Positions 38,487 to 51,340 of a stretch of 64,000 nt of DNA are shown in pieces (position 1 is the first letter of the stretch; each line of letters begins with the position of its first letter). The stretch is from Marsupella aquatica (lineage: Eukaryota; Plantae; Marchantiophyta), in contig OZ316896.1 of assembly GCA_973895155.1 (NCBI GenBank), forward strand, positions 18,898,754-18,962,753, written 5' to 3'. The notes under the pieces are model-generated. The model was not told the DNA's origin. It did no database searches and saw only the letters and a list, made by a program, of their open reading frames with translations. The position numbers and the translations under genes were made by a program.

Positions 38487-39863
38487 TCATTTGCTCGATA
38501 AGTTGCTATTCTCTTGCTCTAGTGTATCCCACAGCTTCACCGGGACATCCCAGTTGTGACGTCCAGCGTATCCACCTGGATGGGGTGTAATACCCCGGAG
38601 CAACTCAGGACTGAAATGCTCTCCTCTCTCAATCAAATAGTTATGCAGAATGCAACAACAATAGATCATTGGACCAATTCTCTGCTTTTTTGGTTTCCAC
38701 AACATTAGACTGAGTATCCGCCACGTTCCTTTTAGCTGCCCAAACGCTCTTTCAACTGCCATCCTAGCTTGAGAGTGGCAGTGGTTCCACAAGTCATGCT
38801 CGTCTGATAATCCCCTTGCAAAAGGCACCATGAGCCAGGGATACAAGGGGTACCCTGCGTCCCCAACTATGTATTCCCTTAGAAGTGTCTCTCCATCTTG
38901 ACAATTATAATCCAAGCCCTGCAACTTGACTCTTCTATACTCAACGTCTCTGTAAAATGTAGACACTCTGAGCAAGCGTGTGTCCTGAATGCTCCCAGGC
39001 CAGCCAGCTACAACGTGCAAGAAGCTCAACTTCAAATCGACTATAGCCTGCATAGACACTGAGGTTTTCTTTTTAAAATCAAAATAATCCTGGCTGCGCT
39101 CTGATGCTGGCAACTCTACAGGAAAATGGGTGCCGTCAATGGCCCCACAGCAATTTGGGAATCCCCATCGATCAAGAAACTCACTTTTCACCTCATCCAG
39201 CTCTGCCCCAGTTGGCCACTTGATAAGTCTTCTCCCTCGTGCATTGATTGCCTGAATAAACTTCCAGGTTACTTTGATTGCGGTAGGACAAGAAACTCCA
39301 AACAGCTCCGAGATTCCAAGGAATTGGTCTCCAGTGCAGAGTCTCCTAAGCGCAATAGCTACCTGCCTCTCAACTGTGAGTCGTCTGTTTGGCAGTGTAC
39401 AAAACGCCAATGGTGGGTTTGTCAACATGTCGTCATGTACCATGTCACAAATTGCATAGAATGTCACTGGGCTGACCCGAAAGAACTCCTTAAATCTCTC
39501 AGGATCGTCATGAGGCACAAAGTCAATGAAAAGGTAAAACCACTGAATGCTCCTCGGCTTGATGTACCACCGGCACTCGATCTCTCGTTTCCTCATGAAG
39601 AAACTTTGAACAACCTGAATGAATAGGCAAACCTGCTTCCAGTTATCTTCATCATCTCGACATCTCTTTCTTGACTTGGAATTCTTCTGTGCACACAATC
39701 TTTGCAAGATTGTGCTCCTTCCAAGTTGATGTTGCCTGGTCATGAGGGATAGAAGAGAAACAGCAAGCGACACAGCCATTGTTGCATTCATGATTACAAA
39801 CGCTGTCATCGACTCCCAATTCTGAGAAATGTTGTCTTCTTGATCTGGACCTGGAAACTCCAT
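38487..39863 (-). CDS. PIF/Harbinger DDE transposase (HARBI1/ALP1-like, DDE_Tnp_4)
   Basis: FKEFFRVS..TF, GAIDGTH, GWPGSIQD, GDAGYPL.PWLMVPF, R..VERAFG.LKG.WRIL, CCILHN; 458-aa open frame. Confidence 0.93.
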   Translation of the reverse strand: MEFPGPDQEDNISQNWESMTAFVIMNATMAVSLAVSLLSLMTRQHQLGRSTILQRLCAQKNSKSRKRCRDDEDNWKQVCLFIQVVQSFFMRKREIECRWYIKPRSIQWFYLFIDFVPHDDPERFKEFFRVSPVTFYAICDMVHDDMLTNPPLAFCTLPNRRLTVERQVAIALRRLCTGDQFLGISELFGVSCPTAIKVTWKFIQAINARGRRLIKWPTGAELDEVKSEFLDRWGFPNCCGAIDGTHFPVELPASERSQDYFDFKKKTSVSMQAIVDLKLSFLHVVAGWPGSIQDTRLLRVSTFYRDVEYRRVKLQGLDYNCQDGETLLREYIVGDAGYPLYPWLMVPFARGLSDEHDLWNHCHSQARMAVERAFGQLKGTWRILSLMLWKPKKQRIGPMIYCCCILHNYLIERGEHFSPELLRGITPHPGGYAGRHNWDVPVKLWDTLEQENSNLSSK

Positions 39864-40504
39864 TTTGAATTGATTTCCAATTCACCTTCCGCACTTCCTC
39901 CAGCAATCCGAAGCAGCACAAAAAGCAACAGTGGTGGGGCCAGCTACAGGTCCAAGACAATGCACCAGAAGCATCTCATCAAGCAATCAAAAGCCTCCTA
40001 TGGTCATCGAAGCAACATGAAAACAGCAGCAGTGGGGGCAGCCTGCAGGTTACGATTTGCAGTAGATTTTACCAAAATAGATGTTTCAAGTTTTAGTAAA
40101 CCAAGAGAACAGTCTATGGAGGATTGAAAACTACGAGTGGCATCAGGCTGCTAGAGGACTATCCAAAGCAAGAACTCGAGGATCTGTACCAGTGACCTCC
40201 CTCAGTGTCTCAACCAGAAAAACCTGTATTGCCTATCGCGAAAAAATTTCTGCAATCCAAACAATAACAAATAATCTGCTATTTTAACTTCTATTGTAAA
40301 CTCATTACTGGAAACTCAGGTACTTGCAAAATAAGACTTGATGAGTCAAGTGCGAGCTTGCCTAATCACATTTTGGAGTTATGTTAGTTATAGGTCAACA
40401 GCAACTACTTCAGTACTTTAGCGTAGGTTTGCTTTGCAGTTTCTAAGTTTTTCTTTTGACTCTGAAAAAACCACATGCCAGAGCCGCGGCATTTGAGTCC
40501 CGGA

Positions 40505-40585
40505 TCTACCAGTAGTCTACCACTAGATTCTAGTAGATTCTAGTAGTGAATTCTAGTAGTGGATTCTAGTAGTCTACCACTAGAA
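40505..40585. repeat. Short tandem repeat (attctagtag / tctaccactag)
   Basis: Repeated 10-12-bp units. Confidence 0.6.
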
Positions 40586-41016
40586 TGCATATTTATCAAA
40601 AATGGAGACCAGACACTATACTTTACGGTTTCAATGCGCACCACATTCGGATTTTAGTTGCTTTGGAGTGCAGAGTAATGATGTCCCGGAGTCCTGGCTT
40701 GGGTAGCTCGCCTTCTGTAAATCCAAACATTCTTACCTGCTTAGCAAAGCTTCTTGAAGTGTGCCTACATTAGGCAAAGAATGAGAGTGGAAGAGATAAT
40801 GGGTAAGATACGGTAACCTCAATCTCGTAGTTATTTCTGTTCTCAACAGCAATGAGGCCAACTTCTACTTGCTCCAGATCAGCTCTCACTGCGGGTGGGC
40901 TGAAAATCTCATGGCCTGGTGACAATCTCATCGCATTGGGCAGATTTACTCATACCAGCCAAACAGTGTGAACAAAGCATGTCAATCAAGAGCACCATCA
41001 CGACCCCATTAACTTC

Positions 41017-41121
41017 TATAACACAGGAGCACGGCTGGTTCTAGACAAGCTCAATTTACATCTGGTGCCGCATACTAATGACGACCTCGACTGGCTTCAA
41101 ACTGCGGATCAATACCACGTT
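41017..41121 (+). pseudogene. Orphan fragment of a GH38 alpha-mannosidase N-terminal exon
   Basis: YNTGARLVLDKLNLHLVPHTNDDLDWLQTADQYHV matches the GH38 motif [23 protein letters not shown]; no other exons seen and a stop follows. Confidence 0.75.
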
Positions 41122-41719
41122 TTAAATGAGAGCAGCTGAATGGGAATCGATTGGTAGAGTCCGTCCGAGCCTATGTAATAACAGAATGAATAGATAAGCC
41201 TTCAGAGATTAACGAACCTTTTTACAAGTGGACTGAGAAACCTTCTCTGCTGTGTTTGCTTGAAGCACAGAGAGCTTCCGCTGAGGTCCAATCGAGCCCC
41301 AATCGAGCCCCAGTTACTTTTCTTCTGCTTCGTTGCCATAGAAGAGAAGTGGTGATCAAATAATTTGTATGGAGACTTCAGGAAACGCCAACTACACAGC
41401 GCTTTCAAGAGGGGAGAGAGTAAATCGAGTATTGAACTTACAAATTGTCCTCTGCGTTCCCCTTCTAATCTGTCCTCTGCATTCGATCGAGCTCCCGTTT
41501 TTCGTGCAGACGTCTTTTCGTTCAGATGCGGAATTTGCATTCGTTCAGACACAAAACCTTTGAGGCACATGGACTCCAGCGTTTCGGAAACTGGCACCAC
41601 TCGTTCCCCTTCGCACACCGTCGTTGAATACCCGGTTACAGTCAGTCGATAATTCACCCTCATCAAATGATGCGGGCACCATGGAATGAGACTCGGACTT
41701 GCCCTCAAACGCACTTTGG

Positions 41720-43713
41720 GGTGACGACAGTTTGAGGGTGAGAGCCGGGTCAAGGGCTGATGGAACAGTACTCGGAGCTGGTCCAATGTTCTTATCACGC
41801 TCAAAGCTATCCGTGTTCGATTACTGCAATTCCTGGACACTTTTGTACATTGAATGATGTGAGGTTTTCGGTGAAATTCAGCTAGAAGTGTGAGCCTAAT
41901 TCTGTTCTCTCCTCTGAATTCTAACCGGTAACTGGGATGCGAGTGTAGATGACAACTGCTATAAATTTCCCGGGAGTTCAGTCCGGTATGCAAAGATTTT
42001 TCAATTCAATCATTCACCTACATCGTGGACTTAAACATAGTGACGGAAGAAAACTCTGGCAGGATTGGCGCTTCTACCAATTCAGTGATTTTCTACCTAC
42101 CGAGAATCTAATTGTCAAGTTTGAAAAGGTGGGTTTGCACGACAGCTGTAGACATGTTTTCCGCTGGTTAAGAGTTGTATGTTTCAGGAAATACCTGTGT
42201 ACTTGAATTTATCGTCCAGTGTGTTCTTCGTGATAAGTAGACCCAGGCCAGCACGAGGAAAATGTTCGAGACAATCATCGGAACAGAGGAGCCAGTGCAA
42301 TCCTGAGGATCTTACGGCCCACAGTTATGGGGCATGATCTTCTGAGTCCACAAGACTTGTGATCTTAAGTCAAGCTCGACCGAGTGGCAAAGTAAGTAAG
42401 CCATGCTTTCGCTTCCACTTACAAATGTCAAATGAATAGGGATGTCCACCTCTCTGAACGCCCTTTTGAGAAGCATTGTGCACGGACTCAAGTAGAATGG
42501 AGAATTCCTGTCCAAATCACGTTTGTATTTCACACGATTGTACAACGTGCAGTTTTATTTTAGGGCCCTGAGTGGAGCCAAAGAATGGTTCGACAAAATC
42601 CTACATAAAAATGTTGCCATCTCAATATGGAGGTGGATGGACGAGTTTCATCGGGGCGTGCCATGTCCTAATAGTGACACTGAAGATTTAAAATCTTCCC
42701 TGCTTGAATTTGCTAGTCAGAGCTCTGCTGCGCTTAGTCAACCGATTACCGAGTCACACATCTAGTATGCGGTAATAAATCTAATGAACTACGCGCTGTC
42801 TCCATGTGACTCCGCTAAGTGATGTCAAAGGACGCATTGATCAATTCCAAATGCTTTGGTGCATATTCACTTATTCTCCCTAGTGGTTTCCCTCGTGTGG
42901 AAAGCTCAGCTCTAGCGTCTCATGAGTCCGTAACTTAGCTGCAATGTGGTTATAGTGCCGCAAGTGGATGGAAATGTCTCAGTTCTCACATAATAATGTT
43001 TACAAGCGCTTCAAAACAAGAAGCGACAGCACGGCGAATGCCATCGGTGCTGCAATTGAGGGCAGCAAGCTACCAGCGCTGCCAGTCGATGCAGGGCTAG
43101 GTGCAGGGGCCAAATCTTGCGCAAGTAGAGACCGGCTCGCTGCTGATACGAAGCCTTGACTCTCCACAATCACCACCAATACCATCACCATGACCACGAC
43201 GCTGCTCCTCATCAAGGAACTCAGGCTCAAAGCCATTGCGATACGCTCTTCCACGAAGTCTGCAAACACCAATTGGAATCGGAAACTTAAAACGCTCCTC
43301 CTGCAGATCGATTCCTAGCCTCTTTCTGTGCTTTTAGTGGCGAATCGTTCTCAGTAATCGATCAGTACCTGTTGAATTTGTTGCGTCGAAATTAAACGAA
43401 AACACAGGAATGATTGATGTAAGATGAAGGGCCCCATTTTGGGTTTTATACTGGGATTGCACTGCGCGCGGGAACAAGCACCATCATTCGGGAGGATGTC
43501 TGAGACCCAACGACCGCGTCATGTGGGGCCGCGTAGACGGCTGAATGCGTGCTCGGACTGATTGAAACAAGGCATGTTCAATGAATGGGGTCCGCCAGCC
43601 AGTAACTGTTGACGGGATTGTGGAGACAAGTCATACTCATTTTTGCTTGTACTGTTGGTCTCCGCATTGGAAACCTGGTGGAAGTCATGGAAGTCTTCCT
43701 GTACTCGTGTCAT
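41720..43713 (-). repeat. Left arm of ~2-kb inverted duplication (subtype B unit); direct paralog at ~29430-31480
   Basis: Gene, promoter and ~1.2 kb of 3' flank align in reverse complement to 45375-47320. Confidence 0.8.
43000..43236 (-). CDS. AG peptide, subtype B
   Basis: MALSLSS...SRSLLAQDLAPAPSPASTGS...LKRL, 78 aa. Confidence 0.88.
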   Translation of the reverse strand: MALSLSSLMRSSVVVMVMVLVVIVESQGFVSAASRSLLAQDLAPAPSPASTGSAGSLLPSIAAPMAFAVLSLLVLKRL

Positions 43714-45372
43714 TGTAACCGAGGATCAAGAGGGTAGTAAAAATTTTAGTTCCAGCAGGGCCAGGTCAAAACAAGACTAACTCTAAAATTATCTTTTTAA
43801 GCTTAGTTGGGACAATTAGCTCAGAGGGCATGCAAGTTGCTTGTCTATATTATGTATAGGGTAATGCAGGTCTGGACGCACGTTACTAGGCTGTAACCCT
43901 GCGTCCGGAATATGAAAAGAAACTGACCGGCGGCAGTCGGGAAGCTTCTTTGAATATTCCGGGAGCAGGTTACAGCCTATAACCCTAGCCCTGCCTTGCA
44001 TTAGCGTACTTAACTCCTGCCCGGAAAGAGGTTACCAGCTCAACTTTTCAGGACACCAGATTATGACTATAGGAGGCCCTTGTAGAAATGGTTACACACA
44101 GGTAACCTCTTCTCACACAGGTAACCTCTTCACCTCTTCTCACACAGGTAACCTCTTCTCCTGACATGATTTATGTCCAAGGTCTAATCCATGAAGTTGA
44201 AGCTCTACTGCTCTCCCTCTGGCCTGGTGTTGAACAGATTTAAAGTCAGATTTAAATACTCTGGACAGCATGTACCTGTCATGTACCTGTCATGTACCTT
44301 TACTCGAAGCCAGCATTTCTCGTACTGCTAGAAATTTTTGAGTGGCAAATATTGTCCATATTCCAAAAGTCAATGCTAAAAATACACCTCCTTTCTTCCA
44401 TTAGGTTAGGGTTCAGGGCAGCGTATTTTTTTAAGGATTTCACTTTTTAGTAGGAGTGGCGAATGTAAAGTGTGTGAGGGAGAAGATGCTCAGAAAATTC
44501 CTTATTCAATTATTTTCCTGACCGTCAGATCTCCCTAGATTTAAGGCTTACCGTTAGATTCTGGCTAATGGGGCCTGGGATTTCAGATTTAAGGCTTACC
44601 GTTAGATTCTGGCTAATGGGGCCTGGGATTAGGTGAAACACTGGCTACTGAGCCAGCAAAATAGTAGCTAATTTTTGCCAAAAGTGTTAGATATTGCTCT
44701 ACTCTTGTGACTTATGAGCTAATTATAATTAGGCTAACTCGGGTTAGGACTTAGCTAATGTTAGCGGTAGTGCTGTTATGCATATAGCTAGGGTTGGTGC
44801 CAGACCCTGGTGAAACTTAAGTTCATTGTTACGAAGTTAGTTGAGAGATAGGGAGAGCTTGTGCTGTGGATGCTTGGTATGGCCGGTCGACCTAGAGTGC
44901 AGTAAAACTCTTGTGTGGTCCCGTGGACGTAGCCTCATGTGGAGGTGAACCACGTATCTCTCTGTGTCGACTCTTGTGTGTTGGATGGTTCATGGGCTTG
45001 CCGTTACAAATGTCGTCTATGCTCAACAAAAAGTGGCGAAGGATTTTTTGGGAGGTGGAATCTAGCTAATTTTCGCCACTAAAAAAAACACTGGTTCAGG
45101 CTCCACCTAGCCCCCTCATTAGCTAGCATCAAAGTCTTTATCCTTAGATCTAAATCCAATTAATATGGTCTCCCATATTTGATATTTCTCCCCTCATAAG
45201 CGGGTAGACATACTTTCACCCTATACTTAGTAAAGGTCACCCTATACTTAGTAAAGGTCACAGTACGCCCTAATACTATACAACTTCTTCATCACATTTT
45301 GTGATGTTGGCACACACACTGGCAAAGAAAGAAAAAACTTAGAAATTACGCTCTAACACCGCCCTGGTTACA
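43714..45372 (+). mobile_element. Solo-LTR-like insertion between head-to-head AG peptide promoters
   Basis: TGTAACC...GGTTACA ends; LTR U5-like cccgtggacgtagcc...gaaccacgta (~44920-44956) followed by an internal GTTACA at 45008; internal micro-duplications; no clean 5-bp TSD and no coding sequence. Confidence 0.5.
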
Positions 45373-45374
45373 AA

Positions 45375-47320
45375 GTGTCATACACAAGCTTCCAGGAAGA
45401 CTTCCACTGTGTTTCCGATAGGCAGACGAAGAGCTCAAGCGAAACGAGTACGACTGGTCTCCGCAGTCACGTCAACAGAAGGTTCCTAGCTGGCGGACCC
45501 GATTTATCATTCCATCAGCCCTGGCAGGCAATCGGCTGTCCACGAGGCCCCACACGACGCGCTCGTTGGGTCTCATCCTCCAGAATGAAGGTGGTTTGTG
45601 CGCGCACTAGAAGTACCACGTATAAAACCCGAGATGAAGCCCTTCATTTTACATCAGTCAATCAGTCTTCTTTGACGCAACAATTTCAACAGGTCTCGAT
45701 TACTGACAACGATTCGCCGCCCAAAGGACAGGAAAAGGCTTAGAATCGATCTGAAGGAGGAGTATAAGTTTCCAATACCAATTGGTGTTTGCGTACTTCG
45801 TGGAATAGCATATAGCAATTATGGCTTTGAGCTTGAGTGCCTTGATGAGGAGCAGCGTCGTGCTGGTGGTGATGGTGTTGGTGTTGATTGTGGAGAGTCA
45901 AGGCTTCGTATCGGCAGCGAGCAGGACTCTCCTTTCGGAAAGTTTGGCCCCAGCACCCAGCCCTGCAGAGACTGGCAGCGCTGGTAGCTTTCTACCCTCG
46001 ATTGCAGCACCGATGACTTTCGCTGTGCTGTCGCTCCTTGTTCTGAAACGCTTGTAAGCATCATTCTGTTGCAAGTGAGAAAAATTTCATCCACAAGGGA
46101 TTCTTATGACTAAACCCAGTCTGGCTAAGTTGGTGGTGAGACGCGAAGAAGAGTTTTAAGAGGAACACCACTAGGGAATCCAAGCGAATGTACAGCCCAA
46201 AGGTTTTGAAAATTGATCCATGCGTCCTTGACGTCACTTAGCGAAGTCACATGGAGACAGCGCGTAGTTCATCCGATTTATGACCGCATAGTATCTGTGA
46301 CTCTGGAATCGGTTCTCAAATCGGTTGACTGAGCGCAGCAGAGCTCTGACTAGCAATTCACCAGGACATGGCACGGCAGCCAGGATGAAAGTTCTCGTCC
46401 ATCGACCTAGATACAGTTCCGCCATACCCAATTGAGTGGCAATTTTTGGTGTACCATTTTTTTTACCATTCTTTGGCTCCACTCAGAGCCCTAAAATTGT
46501 GCAGTACGTTGTACTATCTGAAATATAAAACGTGATTTGAACAGGAATTCTCCATTCTTCTTGAGTCCGTGCACAGAGCTAACTCAAAGTCAAAGAGAGT
46601 TCAGAAAAGTGGGAGTCCCCATTGACATTTGTTATTTGTAAGTGGAAGCGAAAATAGGTCTTCCGTATTTTTGTCAGTCGGACGACCTTCACTTGCCTCC
46701 TTTCGAGGTCACTACTTGTTCTCACCGTAAGATCCTGAGAATTGCACTGTCTGTCTGGCTTCTCTGTTCTGGTGATTGCATAGAACATTTCCTCGTGCTT
46801 TCCCGGGTCTATTGATCACGAACAAGACAATCCGACGATAAATTCAAGTACAAAGAGAGTTCTAGAAACGAAGAACCCTGAACAAAAGGAGCACATGTCC
46901 ACAGCCTCAGAAGTGTTGCAAATCCATGCTTTCAAACTTGAAAATTAGATACTGGGTAGGTACAAAATACTGAAATTGGTAGCTAGAAATGCAAATCCTG
47001 CCAGAGTTTTGGTTTGTTACTACGATTAAGTCCACGATGCAGGGAAATGAATTCGTAGATCTTTGCATACCTGACTTAACTGCTGTGAAAATCATAACAA
47101 TTATCATGTACATTCGCATCCTGGCCAGTGACCCGTTAGAATCCGAAATCAGTAAACGGGATTGGGCTTGGATTTCGTAGCTGAATTTCAACAAAGGTAT
47201 CATTTAGTTTGCAAAACTCTCCAGGAGTTGCAATACTCACGGATTGCTTATGAGCTTCATGAGAGTATTGGACCAGCTCAGATCTCAACTGAAAGGGAGG
47301 CGGACGGTCAGAACACTCAG
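45375..47320 (+). repeat. Right arm of ~2-kb inverted duplication
   Basis: Reverse-complement homology to 41720-43713. Confidence 0.8.
45821..46057 (+). CDS. AG peptide, subtype B
   Basis: 78 aa; signal peptide, SRTLL, APAPSPA, GPI signal. Confidence 0.88.
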   Translation: MALSLSALMRSSVVLVVMVLVLIVESQGFVSAASRTLLSESLAPAPSPAETGSAGSFLPSIAAPMTFAVLSLLVLKRL

Positions 47321-49363
47321 CTTTTATACATTCTGTTAGTAGTTGCCAGCTTCTGGATCTTATGCTTGGTGGCAAACCCACTCTGATGGCCCCAATGTTT
47401 TGTTACAGATCTGACCTTATCCCCAATTTTGTAGATTGAGTTTTTGTATGGTGCTTTAGTGCAAGGTTCACCATGCATTTCAGTTTAGCAAGTCACGAAA
47501 GGCAATGCCACAGATTAGTACATTAGTACAGCTTAGTTACCAGAGTTGACGGCAGTTTGCACGCGATGCTGAGCCTACCACAGGATGCAGTTTGCTGCGG
47601 CCCCATGTTGTCTTCAAGTGGTTTTTTCAATTTAGCAGCTGAGCTAGTTACACTACTTTGGTGTGTAGGTTGAGCAGAATGTTTGTAGGAGCAGAATATT
47701 GGGATGTGTCCCCATAAGTCGTACTTGAAACCTTATGACTATTTGCATGAATTCTTTCCCCATATGAACGTAATTAAGTGGCCTTGACTCGTTCAACTGG
47801 TCATTATTTACTACTAACTAGTATGACTACGATAATAAAAGTATTATCAAAATATATTTTTTATTCATATTTTTTAAAGATTAATAAAATAACAAAAACT
47901 TATCATTTTAATAGTCATATATAATATATTATTCTCTTTTATGTGCAGGTCAGTCTTTTTGTATACATGTCTATCTTCTTTGCACATATGTTGTGGTGGG
48001 CCATAGTGCCCATATATTTTTTGAATATAAATACTTAAAAATTATCACAAAATACTTGCATGAACAGGTTGACATACATCATAGTCATGTCACCAGTTTT
48101 TCCCATGCACATGATAACTATAGAGTCACAGTGTAGAGGCTTCACTCTAGACCTAGGCTCTTAAAAATAGAACTCAATTGACACTTTTATAGTACAAATG
48201 TACCATGGGCTCAATATTTTACCATTATTTCACATCTTACTAACTACTTTGTGTAGAGTTGTCATCACCCACCCCTTGTGTATCTTCCCCTACCTGTGGG
48301 ATGACACCCACCCACCTCTTTGGACCTCTTTTTCTTGCCTTTCATTGTACTTTGTTTTTTTCCTGGTATCTAAACTTTGGTGGAACCGTTTTGTAAACCT
48401 TTTCAAATTGTTTCTGCTTTAGTCATTGTTTTAGCAAAAAGGATAACACCTTTAGTGGTCTTTTCAGCAAAATCGACTCTGTTGGGTTTACATGTTCAAC
48501 CAGTTAAAAGCCATGCTACATCCAAGCCACTATTGTTAATCCAAAAGCTTGCCTAAGTGACCCCAAGGTTTCATTGGGGTAGTTTGTAGCGTGCAGCAGA
48601 CCGTAAAAAATTTAGTGCCATGAGTAAAAAAATGCCCATTTCATTAGCAAAGCTAGTCCCAAGCTACTCAGGACCTGGTTAATAAAATCCAATTTAGTAC
48701 TCCTCTTCTGGCTAGCGAGCTGGCAAGCCATAACCCATAAAAATACACTGAAATTTTATAAGTAAGCAAATATCAAGTGAAATTTAAAAAAACCACTAGT
48801 GACTCCCTAACAACACTCTCCTCCCTATCCAAATTGCTGTTTGCATGCATCATACAATACCTCGTTTAATTGTATGCAACTTGTTTTCCTAGCTGTTCGA
48901 ATCAGAAAGTCCAGGTCTCCATGAGAAATCCAGAAATATTTCCCATATTCTAGAAGAGTACAGCCAGTCCCAACAATGCCACATAGGTGTCAACTGCTGT
49001 CAACAGTCAACATATAATAGATGACAGGAAGAGTAAGTTCGACAGAACGTGTAGTACTTACTATCCAAATTGCTGTTTGCTTGCATCATACAATACCTCG
49101 TTTCATTGTATACAACTTGGTTTCCTAGCTGTTCGAATCAGAAAGTCCAGGTCCAGGTCTCCATGAGAAAAACAGAATTCTCTCCCAGATTTCAGTAGAG
49201 TCCAGCCAGTCCCAGGCAAAGTCACATAGGTGTCAACTTCCTGTCAACAGTTTGGCGACATACAAACGTGTCGTACTTGTCTCAGCAATCGGATCCACTT
49301 TTTGAGGAGGTATTCTGGTATTACAAGCTCGACCGCCTTCGCACGCGTTTCGGTGTGCTTCCG

Positions 49364-49446
49364 GGTCCCACACGGCGCGCGCTCTTTCTGACCCAGGTGG
49401 GGTCAGGAGCAGTTCAAGAAGTATTCACCTGATGCATAAAACCCGA
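49364..49446 (+). promoter_or_regulatory. Conserved AG-peptide core promoter: TCP-type GGNCCCAC, TGACCCAG and TATA-like ATAAAACCC (representative copy)
   Basis: GGNCCCAC ~65-75 bp upstream of ATAAAACC recurs in most paralogous promoters. Confidence 0.6.
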
Positions 49447-49458
49447 GACTCGTGCCTC

Positions 49459-49601
49459 CATTCCATCAATCCAATTCTCTCGTTCGGTCTCGTCATCAAA
49501 CTTCCGTTCAATTTTGGGGGTTCAATTCTGCATTCCATAATCCAATTCTCTCGTTCGGTCTCGTCATCAAACTTCCGTTCAATTTTGGGGGTTCAATTCT
49601 G
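49459..49601. repeat. Recent ~72-bp tandem duplication in the TSS/5'UTR region
   Basis: Two units identical except for a 1-nt indel. Confidence 0.9.
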
Positions 49602-49709
49602 CAGAAGCCAGCAATTCGGAGGATTGAAAAAATCTTTTTTCAAAATTTGTCTGAAATTACATTACGGGTTTTGGTTGCTTTCGCGAGTTTTGTGGACTTG
49701 TGAATTGAA

Positions 49710-49946
49710 ATGGCTTTGACCATGACTTCAGTGGTGAGGAGCAGCGTCGTGTTGGTGGTGATGGTAATGCTGGTAATGATGGAGAGCCAAAGCCTGGTGT
49801 CAGCAGCGAGCAGGACTCTTCTTTCGGATAATTTAGCTCCATCACCAGCGCCTGCACAGACTGGCAGCGCTGGTAGCTTGCTGCCCTCAATTGCAGCACC
49901 GATGATATTCTCCGTGCTGTCTCTCCTTGTTTTGAAGCAGCTGTAA
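49710..49946 (+). CDS. AG peptide, subtype A
   Basis: 78 aa, SRTLLSDNLAPSPAPAQTGSAGS. Confidence 0.88.
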   Translation: MALTMTSVVRSSVVLVVMVMLVMMESQSLVSAASRTLLSDNLAPSPAPAQTGSAGSLLPSIAAPMIFSVLSLLVLKQL

Positions 49947-51104
49947 GGAGGTTCTCCGTTCTACATGGTGTTCTTGTCATCAGAAGTCCAGCTTAAGTTA
50001 CGGCAAAGCTAGATTGGGACAATCACAATTATGGATTACGACAAGCGAGTAAGCCTAAAGGTTTCGAACTCAATCATGCGATCTCACTTCCATCAGCATC
50101 AAATCACGTTGAGAGAACTGCTGGCGTATTGACATGATAGAGATGTCTGGCAAATGATGAATTTTTATGACGGGATTTGATTCGATAATTTTGACCCGGT
50201 GCTCGGCGAAGCGCAGCAGTGATAGCTCTGCATTCAATAATATTGTCCGCATCGATTGACCATTATTCTTTAGTCGTTATTGAGAACTGCCACTCAAGAC
50301 TGAAGGTCTCGTCTTCAGAATCATAGAGTTCTGGTAGTGACGCTCTTTCGCAGAGCACGATTCTTTGATACCATTCTTTGGCTCATCCCAGAGCCCTAAA
50401 AGTGTTTCTTGTACTTTACACTAAGATATAAAGTCTCCGAGTCGATTTCAAATTTTTGTGCCATCATGAGCACATGCGTTCTCAAGGTTTAAATTCCTTT
50501 CCGAGTCCTGAAACGTACATTTTCGCCCGTGAATTGTATTGTGGAGTACAAATTCGATCTTTAATACCATTCGCTGGCTTTTCCGTAGCCTGCAAGGTGT
50601 TTCTATTATCATGCTACATGTAACGCGACTTGAATTGCAATTGATCACTGTTCTTCATGTCTGCAATGGACCAACCCAGAAATGTAGTGATCGGCATTCA
50701 TACTCCCAACATTTGTCAATGTCCCGTGACTCAACATTGCAGTACCACGGCATTGTTAAAAGGAAAATGCTCCACAACACACGTCGCTGGCTTCAGGAGC
50801 ACTGCAGCGTACCAAGCCGTTGAAATATGAAATTTCAGTGCTGGGTAGTTCGCCAGCGGATATCGTATCAAAACACAGGGTAGGAGAGGAAATCCAAAAC
50901 AGAAACCGAACGAGAATTTGAACTTTCAGTTCTTAAGCAAATTAGTTTCAGTTTCTCGATATGTTCAGGTTGAAAAGCCTCTGTCACTCCGTCTGGTTAA
51001 ATAAGAAGTCTGACTGAAAGGAAAACCCAAGATGGCAGAACATACATGAAAAACTCTTGAATTTCCTTATCCCTGAGGAGAACCATAACTGGTCTAGTAC
51101 ACTG

Positions 51105-51340
51105 CACAGTTGAGCTGCAGTAAATCCTTTAGATTCTCTTAGCCGTTTGTATTTGTACAACCTGACTGGGCTTCCACAGGGCTAAAACTTGCAGTTCGGA
51201 ATTTTTTTATTTCCACGGGCGCCGCCACAGTTGAGCTGCAGTAAATCCTTTAGACTCGCTTAGCCGTTTGTATTTGTACAACTGACTGGGCTTCCACAGG
51301 GCTAAAACTTGCAGTTCGGAATTTTTTTTATTTCCACGGT
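51105..51340. repeat. ~120-bp tandem duplication
   Basis: cacagttgagctgcagtaaatcc...gcagttcggaattttttt.atttccacgg twice. Confidence 0.85.

Larger units (their letters stand above)
35300..40300. mobile_element. PIF/Harbinger transposon (ends not resolved)
   Basis: Convergent Myb/SANT gene and Harbinger DDE transposase, the canonical two-gene organisation. TIRs not found by eye, so coordinates are approximate. Confidence 0.75.

Noticed and set aside
39126-39626. 166-aa plus-strand ORF
   Set aside because: Antisense shadow of the Harbinger transposase
41202-41993. 263-aa ORF
   Set aside because: Begins in the duplicated non-coding 3' flank of subtype B genes and has no convincing domain; at most a decayed fragment
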